Assembly (NCBI GenBank): GCA_024699715.1 | Contig: JANPRD010000010.1 | Location: forward strand, 39,159-103,158 | Source of the DNA: Candidatus Methanophagales archaeon | GTDB lineage: Archaea; Halobacteriota; Syntropharchaeia; Alkanophagales; Methanospirareceae | Length of the DNA: 64,000 nucleotides | Direction of reading: 5' to 3' | Shown: piece by piece, positions 42,679 through 53,136 of the stretch | Position numbering within the stretch: position 1 is the first letter of the stretch | Layout: every line of letters begins with the position of its first letter | The notes under the pieces: model-generated | The model's database searches: none | Told to the model about the DNA's origin: nothing | Seen by the model: only the letters and a program-made list of their open reading frames with translations | Position numbers and translations under genes: made by a program

Positions 42679-42819
42679 AAGGGTTACGCTGCCAAAGGGC
42701 TACGCTACCCACAGGAAGCAAGTGAAACACAGCGTCTCAAGGCGGAAGAGACTGCGAGAGAGGATGCGGACAAAAGGATGCGGAACAAATATAGAGGTGG
42801 GGGATTTCTTGTTTTGTAA

Positions 42820-43953
42820 ATGCCGTCGACGATAGTTGTGGGGGGATTTTTTGGAGACGAGGGTAAGGGCAAAATCGTTGCGTATCTTGCGAGGAAGGAC
42901 AAGCCAGCGATTGTAGCTCGTGGCGGTGTCGGACCGAATGCGGGTCACACTGTCCAAATCGGCGATAAGAAATATGCGCTGAGCATGGTCCCTTCAGGCT
43001 TCGTTCACGATGACGCAAGACTCTTAATAGGAGCAGGCGTTCTCGTTGATGTGAATGTTCTTCTGCGGGAAATTTCCGAGTTAGAGCTGCAAGACAGGGT
43101 TGGCGTTGACTTTCGCTGTGCGGTAATAGAGCCAAAACACATAGAAATGGACAGGAAAGATGCGGAGTTGCGTGGTAAAATCGGGACAACAGGCACTGGA
43201 TGCGGTCCTGCAAATGCGGACAGAGCATTAAGAAAGGCGAAGCAGGCGAAAGATGTCCCTGAACTGAGGAAATTTCTCTGCGATGTTCCGCTTGAGATAA
43301 ACGAGGCGCTTGCGAGAGGCGAGGAGGTGCTTGTGGAAGGCACGCAGGGCTTCGGCATCTCCCTCTTCTACGGCACTTACCCTTTCGTGACATCAAAGGA
43401 CACGACCGCTTCTCAAATTGCTGCGGATGTCGGAATAGGTCCGACAAGGGTTGACGATGTCATCGTTGTGTTCAAATCATACCCGACGAGGGTCGGCGAG
43501 GGTCCGTTTGCGACTGAAATGCCTGCTGAAGAAGTTGAAAAGCTCGGCATTCTTGAGTTCGGCACAGTAACACGCAGAAAAAGGCGAGTAGGCACTTGGG
43601 ACGCTGAAATGGCTCGCTACTCCGCAATGATAAACGGTGCGACGATGGCTGCATTGAGCGGCGCAGACAGAATAGACCCCGCATGCAAGGGCGCTCGGAA
43701 ATACGAGGAGCTGAGCGAGAAGGTTCGTGAGTTCGTCGCAAGGGTCGAGCAAGATATTAAAGTGCCTGTCGCTCTCATTTCCACCGGTCCTGAAATTTCT
43801 GAAATTGTGGATTTGCGGGAGGAGAAAGCAACATCCTCTCAGCTGAAGCCTCTTGAGCGAACAGGACCCTCACGCAGTCCTCTACTGCGAATCAGAGCTG
43901 AAGAGCCTTTTTCACAAATGCGGGCAGGAAAAAGAGGGTATCGTGCATCTTAG
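42820..43953 (+). CDS. purA: adenylosuccinate synthetase (short archaeal type)
   Basis: GDEGKGK, NAGHT, EGTQG, TRVGEGP; C-terminal tail uncertain. Confidence 0.95.
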   Translation: MPSTIVVGGFFGDEGKGKIVAYLARKDKPAIVARGGVGPNAGHTVQIGDKKYALSMVPSGFVHDDARLLIGAGVLVDVNVLLREISELELQDRVGVDFRCAVIEPKHIEMDRKDAELRGKIGTTGTGCGPANADRALRKAKQAKDVPELRKFLCDVPLEINEALARGEEVLVEGTQGFGISLFYGTYPFVTSKDTTASQIAADVGIGPTRVDDVIVVFKSYPTRVGEGPFATEMPAEEVEKLGILEFGTVTRRKRRVGTWDAEMARYSAMINGATMAALSGADRIDPACKGARKYEELSEKVREFVARVEQDIKVPVALISTGPEISEIVDLREEKATSSQLKPLERTGPSRSPLLRIRAEEPFSQMRAGKRGYRAS

Positions 43954-44828
43954 CATCGTAAAACTGCAGTTCCAGCCTTTCAATTCCGCTTAAATCCGCT
44001 TTTCTCATGTTTAAATTCCCTTTTATGCCCGCAATGAATCCCCATAGTGGTGCTGCATAGCCGAAAACAGGTGCAGAAAGCACTTCAATGCGAGGAAACA
44101 CTGCTTTCATGTTGTAGTAAGCATTCAGAAAATTGCTTGAGAGCGGGAAAATGCTCCCTGCTTGCGTCACGAGAATGCCATTTTCTTTCAAAGCGGCGAA
44201 CGCAGTTGCGTAGAAATTCCTCGCTGAAAAGCCCTCTTGCGTGTCGCACAGGGTCGGTTGAGTCCACGAGAATGACATCATATTTACCGCTATTCTCACA
44301 GCCTGTTCCTCTCACACTCCTGCTCTCCACGCTTTTTCCGCCTCTACTGCTCTCCTTTTCGCATTCCGCAGCTTTTCGCAAGAATTCAAAACCGTCCTCA
44401 AAGCATATTTCCGTGCGAGCGTCGTCAAAAGAGCCGTTGTCTATGCGAAGGAACGCCCGACAAAGCTCAACAACCGCAGGGTCAATCTCAACAAGCGTCG
44501 CCTTCTTCACATCGTGCTTTAAAACTTCTCTGAGCGTTCCGCCGTCGCCCCCGCCTATCACAAGCACACTCTCAGGGCGAGGATGTGCAAGCATGGCAGG
44601 ATGGACAAGCGTCTCGTGGTAGCTCGCCTCTCCCGCCTCCAAAACTTGAATCGCACCGTCTAAAACGAGCATTTTGCCAAAATTTGCGGTCTCATATATC
44701 TCAATATGCTGAAATTCACTCGTAAAATCTACTAATTTCCTCCTTATTTTCACGCAGATGCCATAACCTTCAGGATGCCATTCAACAAATTCCTCACATT
44801 CTGAAGAACTCTCTTCCTTTTCTTCCAT
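43892..44828 (-). CDS. speE: polyamine aminopropyltransferase (spermidine synthase), frameshift near 44200
   Basis: LDGAIQ, YHE, GGGDGG, VDSTDP; C-terminus in ORF 43892..44299. Confidence 0.9.
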
Positions 44829-44849
44829 TAATCCGCTGACCTCCGCCCC

Positions 44850-45245
44850 TCATTCCTTACGCTCATTTCTCGCATCATTAATGATACCTCGCTCCATCTT
44901 CAGAATCCTCTGCCTTTCCGACTTTAACGCCTTCACGATGTATTCGCATGCATTCATCGGCTTTGTTTTACGCCCACAGGTGTAAATATCCACAGAAGCA
45001 TACCCATATTCAGGCCAAGTATGAATGGCAATATGGCTTTCAGCAACAAGAACAACACCTGAAACGCCATGCGGATGAAACTTATAAAACTTCTTTCCTA
45101 TTATTTTTGACCTTGCAACCTTCGCAGCATCCGTAAGAATACGCTCAATCTCCTCCATATTGTCCAATAACTCCGCATCGCATTCGTATAGGTCCATTAT
45201 TACATGCGTCCCCAACGGCGTGCCTACGGTCTGAATCTTCGGCAT
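44850..45245 (-). CDS. speD: S-adenosylmethionine decarboxylase proenzyme
   Basis: AESHIAIHTWPE, DIYTCG; adjacent to speE. Confidence 0.9.
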   Translation of the reverse strand: MPKIQTVGTPLGTHVIMDLYECDAELLDNMEEIERILTDAAKVARSKIIGKKFYKFHPHGVSGVVLVAESHIAIHTWPEYGYASVDIYTCGRKTKPMNACEYIVKALKSERQRILKMERGIINDARNERKE

Positions 45246-45473
45246 CTCCCCCTTCCATCACGACACGCTCACTCTCCACTACCCTCTTTACGCACACGCC
45301 TCCACACACACTCCCTCTCTTCCCTCCCCTTTCTACTTGCTCCTCAATCCCCCCGCCTTGTTCTCCACCCACCACGCCTCTCCCACTCGCCCCCGTTCCT
45401 TTTCGCTTCTCCCCTCTACTCTTTTTAAAACTTACGCTTCCTCTCCCTACAAAATCGCCGAAGGTCTGTGGTC

Positions 45474-46727
45474 TCAGGCGTTAAGCATTTCCGCAACGAT
45501 TTTAATAAGCACCGCAGCAATCTCCCGTTTCAAACCGCAGACATGCTCCACTTCGTTGCTGTCTCTTCGCAGTATGAAAACATCGTTCTCTTCGGTGCCG
45601 ATGCCTCCTTTTCCGACATCATTCGCAACAACAACATCCAAATTCAACGCTTCCATTTTCTCACGAGAACGCTCAAGCAGTTCATCAACGGAAACATTCG
45701 CCTCCGCCTTGAACGCAACGATGAAAAGCGAGGGGAATTTCCTCCGAACTTCCTCAATTAGCTTCCTGTTAGGCGTCAAACGCAAGAGATATTCCTTATT
45801 TGAAGGCATCTTACGCTCAACAAACTCCGCTTTGAAGTCAGAAATCGCAGCAGAAGAAATTAAAGCGTCGTATGCTCTTCCCTCTGATGCTGCTCGCTCC
45901 AACTCTTCAATGCAGGCATCCGTCATTTCCGCAGCGGTCTCCACTTGAATCTCCTTGATTCCTTCAAATCCGAGCGTTTTGCTGTGAATTAGCGTGACTT
46001 CCGCACCCTGTCTGAACGCTTCCTTCGCCAATTCCATGCCCGTCTTCCCAGAACTCCTGTTCGTTAATATTCTAATGGGGTCAATAGGCTCTATTGTGGG
46101 TCCTCCTGTGATGAGTATGCGTTTTCCCTCAAGCACTCTTTCTGATAATTTCCGCTCTACTCGCAAAATAATGTCTTCAATACTTGCCATTTTCGCAAGA
46201 CCTTCCTCAATCCTAGGCTCAACGACCTCAACGCCGAGTTTCTTCAGCTTGCGAATGTTCTCTCGCAACACAGGATTCCTGTAAATTGTCTCGTGCATCG
46301 CAGGCACAATTACAATAGGGATTTGAGAGCCGAAAGCGGTTGTTGCGAACGCCGTTACTGTTGTGTCGGAGACGCCCGTCGCAATTTTGTTCAGCGTGTT
46401 TGCGGTGCATGGAGCGATTAAGAACAAATCTGCGAAGCCTTCCATGCCCAAAAACTCAACATGCTCTATTTTACCCATCAGTTTTGTGATGACCTCGTGT
46501 CCTGTCGCATACTCAAGCGTGTAAGGATGTATGATTTCCATCGCTGCTTCGCTCATAACCGCATAAACATCCGCTCCATTACGAATCAACTCTCTGGCAA
46601 GCTCTACAGTTTTCACCGCTGCAATCGAGCCAGTCACGCCTAAAACAATCGTTTTACCCCAAAGAGAACCGCTCTTCTTACCTTTTATGCGTAGAGTGGG
46701 ATGCTTCCTCTCGCCCTCCTTGCCCAT
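45474..46727 (-). CDS. coaBC: phosphopantothenoylcysteine decarboxylase/ligase
   Basis: GVTGSIAA, PCTANT, PAMH, NRSSGKTG, AAISDF, FKAE, VVAND. Confidence 0.95.
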   Translation of the reverse strand: MGKEGERKHPTLRIKGKKSGSLWGKTIVLGVTGSIAAVKTVELARELIRNGADVYAVMSEAAMEIIHPYTLEYATGHEVITKLMGKIEHVEFLGMEGFADLFLIAPCTANTLNKIATGVSDTTVTAFATTAFGSQIPIVIVPAMHETIYRNPVLRENIRKLKKLGVEVVEPRIEEGLAKMASIEDIILRVERKLSERVLEGKRILITGGPTIEPIDPIRILTNRSSGKTGMELAKEAFRQGAEVTLIHSKTLGFEGIKEIQVETAAEMTDACIEELERAASEGRAYDALISSAAISDFKAEFVERKMPSNKEYLLRLTPNRKLIEEVRRKFPSLFIVAFKAEANVSVDELLERSREKMEALNLDVVVANDVGKGGIGTEENDVFILRRDSNEVEHVCGLKREIAAVLIKIVAEMLNA

Positions 46728-46731
46728 TCAA

Positions 46732-46804
46732 TGGACCGGTCGGGACTCGAACCCGAGGCCTCTCGCACGCCAAGCGAGCGATCTTCCAGCTGATCTACCG
46801 GCCC
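46732..46804 (-). tRNA. tRNA-Ala(GGC)
   Basis: 73-nt cloverleaf GGGCCGG...CCGGTCCA, G3:U70, anticodon loop TTGGCGT, GGTTCGAGTCC T-loop. Confidence 0.95.
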
Positions 46805-46942
46805 TTCTCTCTCCTTCCTCCACACCTCTTTTTATTCTTTTCCATTGCTCAATAAGCAAACACGAAGAATGCGAAGAAGTGTTAGTCTGTGGGAGCATAA
46901 GAGGGCGATTTAAATAAGGAGGAGCGAGAAAGGAGGGACGGT

Positions 46943-48061
46943 ATGGAAAAAGTGTGGGAGCGAGGGAACTTGCAAGACTTGGAGCAAGAGGTCATTTTCA
47001 ACGGGACATGCTGCTTCTGCGGTGCCTGCGGTGCGTTCTGCCCCGAATATATTTTTTACGAGGAGGAAATGCCTCGCACTCGCCAGAAATGCTACGAAAT
47101 CTTCGGTGCGTGCTACGACTTCTGCCCTCGCACATTTCTGCCCGTTTTTGAGATTGAGCGGAAGATTTTCGGAAGCGTGAGAGAGGACAAACTGCTCGGC
47201 TTCTACCGAAGTGTTTGCATGGCTCGTGCGAAAGATGAGGAAATCCTCGCAATTTCGCAGGACGGCGGTGTCGTTTCCGCACTGCTGATTTTCATGCTTG
47301 AGCGAGGTCTTGCTGACGCTGCCGTTGTCGCTCGCAAATGCGGAGACTGGGGCGTTGAGCCTTCGGTAGCAACAAAGAGAGAAGAAGTGCTGGAATCTGC
47401 AGGCTCAAAATACACGCAGTGCCCTTCGCTTCTCGGCTTCGGCTCTGCTCTTCGTGAGGGTTACGAGAAAATTGCGTTTGTTGGTTTGCCTTGTCATGTT
47501 CAAGCGTTGCGTAAGGTTCAACTCTCGCCGTTTTTTGACTTCAACAAGGCATCAGAACGCATAAGCATCGTCATCGGTCTGCTCTGCACAGAGACTTTTG
47601 ACAGCACTCTTCTCTTTAAGAAGCTCTCAAACGAGGGAATTTCGCCATCTGAAGTGAAGAAGTTTGACATTAAGCGTGGAAAGTTCATCGCAGTTCTGCG
47701 TAGTGGAGAGCGTTTTGAGATTCCAGTGAAGGAGATGGCGGATGTTGAGCGTTCTGCATGCTCTTTCTGCTACGATTTCGCTGCTGAGCTCGCTGACATT
47801 TCAGTTGGAGGCGTTGGCTCGCCAGATGGCTTCTCAACGGTCATCGTGAGGAGCGAGAGGGGCGAGAAACTGCTTTCTGACGCTGAAGAAGCGGGTTTTA
47901 TTGAGTGCAGGGAGCTCTCTGCGGAGAAAATAGAGGAAGTTCGCAAGAATGCGCTGCGAAAGAAGCGAAGGAACTTGAAGAAAATTCAAAAGAAGGCGGA
48001 ATCGCTCAAAATCCTGAACCTGCTCGTGAAATTGGAAGATTTGGAGCGACTGCTCATTTGA
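46943..48061 (+). CDS. FrhB/FdhB-family F420-binding oxidoreductase subunit
   Basis: CCFCGACGAFCP, QDGGVVS, GSKY, VGLPCHV, ADISVGGVG. Confidence 0.9.
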   Translation: MEKVWERGNLQDLEQEVIFNGTCCFCGACGAFCPEYIFYEEEMPRTRQKCYEIFGACYDFCPRTFLPVFEIERKIFGSVREDKLLGFYRSVCMARAKDEEILAISQDGGVVSALLIFMLERGLADAAVVARKCGDWGVEPSVATKREEVLESAGSKYTQCPSLLGFGSALREGYEKIAFVGLPCHVQALRKVQLSPFFDFNKASERISIVIGLLCTETFDSTLLFKKLSNEGISPSEVKKFDIKRGKFIAVLRSGERFEIPVKEMADVERSACSFCYDFAAELADISVGGVGSPDGFSTVIVRSERGEKLLSDAEEAGFIECRELSAEKIEEVRKNALRKKRRNLKKIQKKAESLKILNLLVKLEDLERLLI

Positions 48062-48129
48062 GGGCGAAGCGGAGGAGCGTGAGATGCCTTTGCGGTTGAG
48101 GCGTGAGAGGTTAACGGGGTGAGGAAAAG

Positions 48130-50526
48130 ATGGAGGTCAAGCGAGGGGGAGAGGTGCTGACGCTTGAGGGTTTGGAGAATGTGCGGATTTTCATCGGTAA
48201 GATAGAGGGAGAAGAGGAGGAAGAGGAGGAATGGGAGCCGGTGGGACCGACGCCGATGCCCACGATTGCGACACTTCGCTCTTGGGATTTCAAGTTACTG
48301 CGTCGTTACAAGCCTTTCTATGCGCCATTCTGCGATTTCTGCTGCCTCTGCACATTCGGTAAGTGCGATTTAACGGGCAACAAGAAGGGTGCTTGCGGCA
48401 TCAGAATGGACGCACAGCAAGGAAGAATCGTGCTTCTCGCATGCATTATCGGATGTTCTGCACACTGCGGGCATGGAAGACACATGCTTCACGAATTATT
48501 GAGGAAGTTCGGTGATGTTGAAATAGATTTTGGACCTGAAATTGATATTGAAGCGCCATTAACTCGCCTTATTTGCGGCATAAAGCCTCGCAGGATAAGC
48601 GATTATGAGCAGGTTTTTGATTATGTAGAAAAGGAATTGGTGCAGTTGAGCGATGCTTTGCACACTGGTCAGGAGGGTTCTTACCTTGATTTTGAGTCTA
48701 AGGCGTTTCATGTCGGAATGCTTGACTCGCTGAGCAAGGAAGCAGCAGACATCATACAGATGGCAGCCTACGGGATGCCCTCAAGCAAAGAAGGCGGGGG
48801 TCCTGATGTTCCGCTTGTTGAAGTTGGCATGGGCGTCGTTGACACAACGAAAGCGGTCATCCTCGTCATCGGACACAATGTCGTGCCTGCAGCAGAAATC
48901 GCTGACTACATGGAAGAAAGCGGGCATGAGGACGAGATTGAGCTCGTAGGAATATGTTGCACCGCTCACGACGTCACGAGATACAAACCGAAGGCTAAAA
49001 TCATTTCAGCACTCGGCAGGCAGCTCCGTGTGATAAGAGCGGGAATCGCAGATGTGATTGTTGTGGATGAGCAGTGCATACGAGCGGATGTCGTTGAATC
49101 TGCGAGCAGAGTGCATTCACCCGTGATTGCTACGAACGAGAAGGCGATGCACGGCTTGGAAGACCGCACGGATGACCCCGCAGACGAGATTGTTGAGGAT
49201 TTGGTGAGTGAGCGAGTGCCCGGTGTTGTGATTTTAGACCCTGAGAAAGTCGGCGAAGTCGCAGTGAAGACGGCTTTGCGAATGAAGGAGAAGCGTCGTA
49301 AAATGCGAATAATTATGAGCGATGAGGAATTTCAGCGCTGGGTGAGAGAGTGCATTCAATGCGGTTCTTGCACGCTTGCATGCCCTCTCGGCTTGAGAAT
49401 CGGTGAGGCGAATGCGAAAGCAGCATCAGGAAATAAAGAGGCGCTCGCTTCCCTCTTTGACATCTGCGTCGGCTGCGGTCGCTGCGAGCAGGTATGCAAG
49501 AAGCATATTCCGATAATTGATGTGATTACGAAGGCAGCATACCCGAAAATAAAGGAGGAGAGGGGGAAAATAAGGGTTGGTCGTGGTCCTATTTGGGACA
49601 GTGAGATAAGAGAAGTCGGCGCTCCCATCGTTTTAGGAACAATTCCCGGTGTAATTGCACCTATCGGATGCGGAAATTATCCCAATGGAACGAGGGATGC
49701 GTGGCTGATTGTTGAAGAGTTCGCATCACGCAACTACATCGTCACACTTACGGGATGCATGGCGATTGACGCTGCGCTCTGGAAGGACGAAGAAGGTAAA
49801 ACGGTCTACGAGAAATATCACGGCAGATTTGACGCTGGTGGCGTCCTGAACATCGGCTCCTGCGTCGCAAATGCGCACATTCACGGCGCTGCAATAAAAA
49901 TCGCTGCGATATTTGCGAGGCGGAAATTGCGAGCGAACTACGAGGAAATCGCAGACTACATTTTAAATAGAGTGGGCGCTTGCGGTGTCGCATGGGGAGC
50001 GATGTCGCAGAAGGCTGCTTCAATCGCAACAGGCTTCAACCGTTTGGGTGTTCCAGCAGTTGTCGGTCCGCATGGCACAAAATACCGCAGAGCATTCCTC
50101 GGCAGGAGCGATATTGAGGAGGATTGGCTCATCTTTGATGCGAGGGACGGCTCTGAAGTCAGGATTGAGCCCGCACCTGAGCATTTGCTCGTCGCATGCG
50201 AGACGATTGAAGAAGCCCTGCCGATGATTGCGAAGCTTTGCTTCAGACCTTCTGACACTGACAGGGGACGCTCAATTAAACTCACACACTACATTGATTT
50301 GCACGAGAAATATTTGGGGTGCCTGCCGAAAGACTGGCATCTTTTCGTGAGAACCGCAGCAGACCTGCCGATTGCACGCAGGGACGAACTGCTCAAGCGC
50401 CTTGAGGACGAGCATGGCTGGGTGATTGACTGGAAGCGTAAGCGAATAAAGGAAGGCCCTCTGCGAGGCTACGACCCTTCTTTCGACCCGACAAACCTCC
50501 GCAGGCTCATTCGGCAGAAGAAATGA
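48130..50526 (+). CDS. cdhA: CO dehydrogenase/acetyl-CoA synthase alpha subunit
   Basis: CDFCCLCTFGKC, GICCTAHD, DEQC, two ferredoxin motifs, GSCVANAH. Confidence 0.95.
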   Translation: MEVKRGGEVLTLEGLENVRIFIGKIEGEEEEEEEWEPVGPTPMPTIATLRSWDFKLLRRYKPFYAPFCDFCCLCTFGKCDLTGNKKGACGIRMDAQQGRIVLLACIIGCSAHCGHGRHMLHELLRKFGDVEIDFGPEIDIEAPLTRLICGIKPRRISDYEQVFDYVEKELVQLSDALHTGQEGSYLDFESKAFHVGMLDSLSKEAADIIQMAAYGMPSSKEGGGPDVPLVEVGMGVVDTTKAVILVIGHNVVPAAEIADYMEESGHEDEIELVGICCTAHDVTRYKPKAKIISALGRQLRVIRAGIADVIVVDEQCIRADVVESASRVHSPVIATNEKAMHGLEDRTDDPADEIVEDLVSERVPGVVILDPEKVGEVAVKTALRMKEKRRKMRIIMSDEEFQRWVRECIQCGSCTLACPLGLRIGEANAKAASGNKEALASLFDICVGCGRCEQVCKKHIPIIDVITKAAYPKIKEERGKIRVGRGPIWDSEIREVGAPIVLGTIPGVIAPIGCGNYPNGTRDAWLIVEEFASRNYIVTLTGCMAIDAALWKDEEGKTVYEKYHGRFDAGGVLNIGSCVANAHIHGAAIKIAAIFARRKLRANYEEIADYILNRVGACGVAWGAMSQKAASIATGFNRLGVPAVVGPHGTKYRRAFLGRSDIEEDWLIFDARDGSEVRIEPAPEHLLVACETIEEALPMIAKLCFRPSDTDRGRSIKLTHYIDLHEKYLGCLPKDWHLFVRTAADLPIARRDELLKRLEDEHGWVIDWKRKRIKEGPLRGYDPSFDPTNLRRLIRQKK

Positions 50527-50534
50527 GAGCGCAT

Positions 50535-50665
50535 GAATGGGTGAGTGTGAGGTAAGTGAGAGTGAAAGAGCGTGAGAGTGAGGGTGTGAGAGTGAGAGGG
50601 CGTGAGAGTAAGCGTGTGAGAGCGTGAGTGTGAGGCGGAGAGAGGGGTGTGTGTGGAAGGTGAGA
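50535..50665. repeat. intergenic GTGAGAGTGA-type simple repeat
   Basis: Many GTGAGAG(T/C) units between cdhA and cdhB. Confidence 0.7.
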
Positions 50666-50669
50666 GGAG

Positions 50670-51203
50670 ATGCGAGCGAGGGAAGTGCCTTTTGACATTG
50701 CGAACATTCCAGGGCAGGAAACGGGCAGGATAGTCTCTGCGGAAGTTGCAGCAGCGCTCATTTCTGCTTCTCACCGTCCTTTGCTCGTCGTCGGTTCAGA
50801 AGTGATGCGAGACGAATTTTTTGTGGAGAAAGCGATTGAAATGGGCGAAAAGGGCGTTGCAATCGCCGCAACTGGAAAAAGCATCAGGGGCTTCATGCGT
50901 AAAGGCTACAAAAAAGTTCAATATTTCAACCTTCACGACATCACTAACCGCCTTCGTGACCCAAATTGGAGAGGTATTGACGGCAACGGAAACCACGACA
51001 CCGTCATATTCTTCGGCATCTTATACTATTACGCATCACAAATGCTCTCATGCCTTAAAAATTTCGCATTGAACCCTCTGATTCGCACAATATCCATAGA
51101 CAGATACTACCATCCGAATGCGAGATTCACATTCCCCAACATTGAAAGCGACGAAGAATACAAAAAAATGATAGAAAAGGTCGTTGAATTGGTGAAGCGG
51201 TGA
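50670..51203 (+). CDS. cdhB: CO dehydrogenase/acetyl-CoA synthase epsilon subunit
   Basis: RPLLVVG, W.GIDGNGNHD, IDRYYHPNA; follows cdhA. Confidence 0.9.
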   Translation: MRAREVPFDIANIPGQETGRIVSAEVAAALISASHRPLLVVGSEVMRDEFFVEKAIEMGEKGVAIAATGKSIRGFMRKGYKKVQYFNLHDITNRLRDPNWRGIDGNGNHDTVIFFGILYYYASQMLSCLKNFALNPLIRTISIDRYYHPNARFTFPNIESDEEYKKMIEKVVELVKR

Positions 51204-51421
51204 ATACCTGCTCGCAATGCTTTTTCTTCCTTACATTGAATTAATTTCCGAATTATTATTTTCTAACAAAATCCTCCTTTTTCCACCTCTTTTATTCTTC
51301 CTCTCTTCTCCTTAATTGAAGGAAGGCAATATGAGAAATGCATTTCAACAACCTCAACAACCCTAACAACCCACGAAGCTTTCCCCTCATCATGCCCCTC
51401 TTCAAAAATCGCAATCCTTTT

Positions 51422-51453
51422 ATGAATTGAAAATCTTTTTATATGCAATTCAT
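51422..51453 (+). promoter_or_regulatory. TATA box flanked by the inverted repeat ATGAATTG-N16-CAATTCAT (putative operator)
   Basis: Perfect 8-bp IR enclosing TTTTTATATG, 30 bp before the ATG at 51483. Confidence 0.55.
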
Positions 51454-51482
51454 TATAATAAAATGGAGGTGTAGAAGGAGAG

Positions 51483-52829
51483 ATGATGATGAGAAAAGAG
51501 TGGAAGACACTAATCGTAGCAATATTTATAGGTAGTGTATGTATTGGGGCGGTCTCGGCACAAGGCAGTCTCGTCAGTGATTATCCCGAACTAAAGCCGT
51601 TAGTTGACTTCGTTGGCGAAGAGGAAATATCAGTGATGGATTTAGTAGGGTATAAAGCTGCGGAGAAGGCGATGGAAGAGTTGGGATTCAGCAAAGGCGA
51701 CCCAAACATTCTGGCACTTACCGACGCAGGATATATTGCAAACATTGACAAGTATAGCACGGAAAGAGCCCTTAACGGTCTGATGATGGCTGCTGGAGTC
51801 TCACAAGGCAAAGGGAATTTGGTGAATGTGCATCGTGCGTATAATAAACCGCTTTGGTTTGCTTTCTTTGACAAAGAGACTGGCGATTGCATCTACCTTG
51901 AGGTAAACAAGAGCTACCTTAAGTCGTGGTTAGACAGGGAAGCTGCAGGCTCAGTAAATCTTTCAGCGTTCATGGAGGTCGGTGCAGATGCTTTGTTCTC
52001 GAAGATTTCCAGAGAGAATATAGACCCAGACAGGCTTATCACCGAGGAAGGGGCAAAGGCATGGCATCACAACTTTGAGGAGAAAACGTTCGGTGGAAAT
52101 GAGTTCAGCATTATCACCATAAGCGCTGTCTGGAGCAAAGGGATAAGCAATGAATTCCTGAGGAGTGCGGAACTCCACAATCATATCTGTCCCGGACTAA
52201 CGAGTGGTTACTTTATAGCGGAATACCTGAAGAAGCACTATCCGCTGGAGAAGGGCGAACAATGGGTTGTTTGGGCTGTTCCACCATGGTGCAAGGACGA
52301 TGCCTTGCAGCAAATACTTGACGCCACCGTAGGGAAGAGATGTATGGCTGTAATGTATATTCCGGGCAATATCAGCAAGAAGCTCCCTCCTGAGTACAAG
52401 AACATAGCGGGGATATACGTAAAAATAGGCAAGACAGGAGAGGCAAAAGCGATAGTTCTGGGTTGGGACTGGGATAAAGCCTGCTCCGACTGTGGAATCA
52501 CCAGGAAGGACTTCAAAGATTTTAGCAGCTACAAATGGTGGTGGACACGGCTCAGAGCGGATGTAATGCTCATGGAGCATGAGCCTGAGGAATACATCTC
52601 CGTGCTTATGGAAAAAGATTTGGGAAATCAAGGCTCGATTAAAGAGATGAATGCCAAGTGGATGGCAGTGGGCGCAAATCCGCTGGTCGAACTGGGCATC
52701 ATGCCACCTGAAAACACAGCAACACCGAAAACCCCAGAAAAAACTCATTCAATTCCAGTAACTTGCGTCATAGCAGCCATAGCCATTGCAAGTGTGCTCG
52801 CAATAGTAAGAAAAAACATGCGGAAATGA
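51483..52829 (+). CDS. secreted, C-terminally anchored FmdE-domain protein
   Basis: Signal peptide; ELHNHICPG and WCKDDA FmdE metal motifs; P/T linker, TM helix and basic tail. Confidence 0.75.
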   Translation: MMMRKEWKTLIVAIFIGSVCIGAVSAQGSLVSDYPELKPLVDFVGEEEISVMDLVGYKAAEKAMEELGFSKGDPNILALTDAGYIANIDKYSTERALNGLMMAAGVSQGKGNLVNVHRAYNKPLWFAFFDKETGDCIYLEVNKSYLKSWLDREAAGSVNLSAFMEVGADALFSKISRENIDPDRLITEEGAKAWHHNFEEKTFGGNEFSIITISAVWSKGISNEFLRSAELHNHICPGLTSGYFIAEYLKKHYPLEKGEQWVVWAVPPWCKDDALQQILDATVGKRCMAVMYIPGNISKKLPPEYKNIAGIYVKIGKTGEAKAIVLGWDWDKACSDCGITRKDFKDFSSYKWWWTRLRADVMLMEHEPEEYISVLMEKDLGNQGSIKEMNAKWMAVGANPLVELGIMPPENTATPKTPEKTHSIPVTCVIAAIAIASVLAIVRKNMRK

Positions 52830-52925
52830 CATAATAATTCCCAACTAAGAGAGAAAACGAAAATCTTAAATACCCAAAGAATATTGGGAAGAATGGTGTA
52901 AAGGTGTAAGGAGGTGATGTAAAAA

Positions 52926-53090
52926 ATGTGCGCACCGGTAAGTGTAAGTGCGGCGACAGTGGGCGGGGCGGTAGCAGCTCAGGCGATAGCGATGAGCCAG
53001 ATTATAGCCGTCGCTGTTCTCGGCAGTATCTCCGCCCTGAACTTCCTTCATCCGCTAAGAAGGCGAAATGCGGAGAAGATAGAGGGATAG
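52926..53090 (+). CDS. 54-aa peptide MCAPVSVSAATVGGAVAAQAIAMSQIIAVAVLGSISALNFLHPLRRRNAEKIEG (not in the ORF track)
   Basis: AGGAGGTGA RBS just upstream, TATA-like CTTAAATA near 52865, ATG..TAG in frame. Confidence 0.65.
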   Translation: MCAPVSVSAATVGGAVAAQAIAMSQIIAVAVLGSISALNFLHPLRRRNAEKIEG

Positions 53091-53136
53091 GAAGAGAGGG
53101 GAATACTTTCCTTCCCTTTTTCATTTTTTCCCAAAA

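Noticed and set aside
43830-43953. Functional C-terminal extension of PurA overlapping speE
   Set aside because: The conserved sequence ends at EIVDLR, and the tail is likely a lost stop or indel given the error rate.
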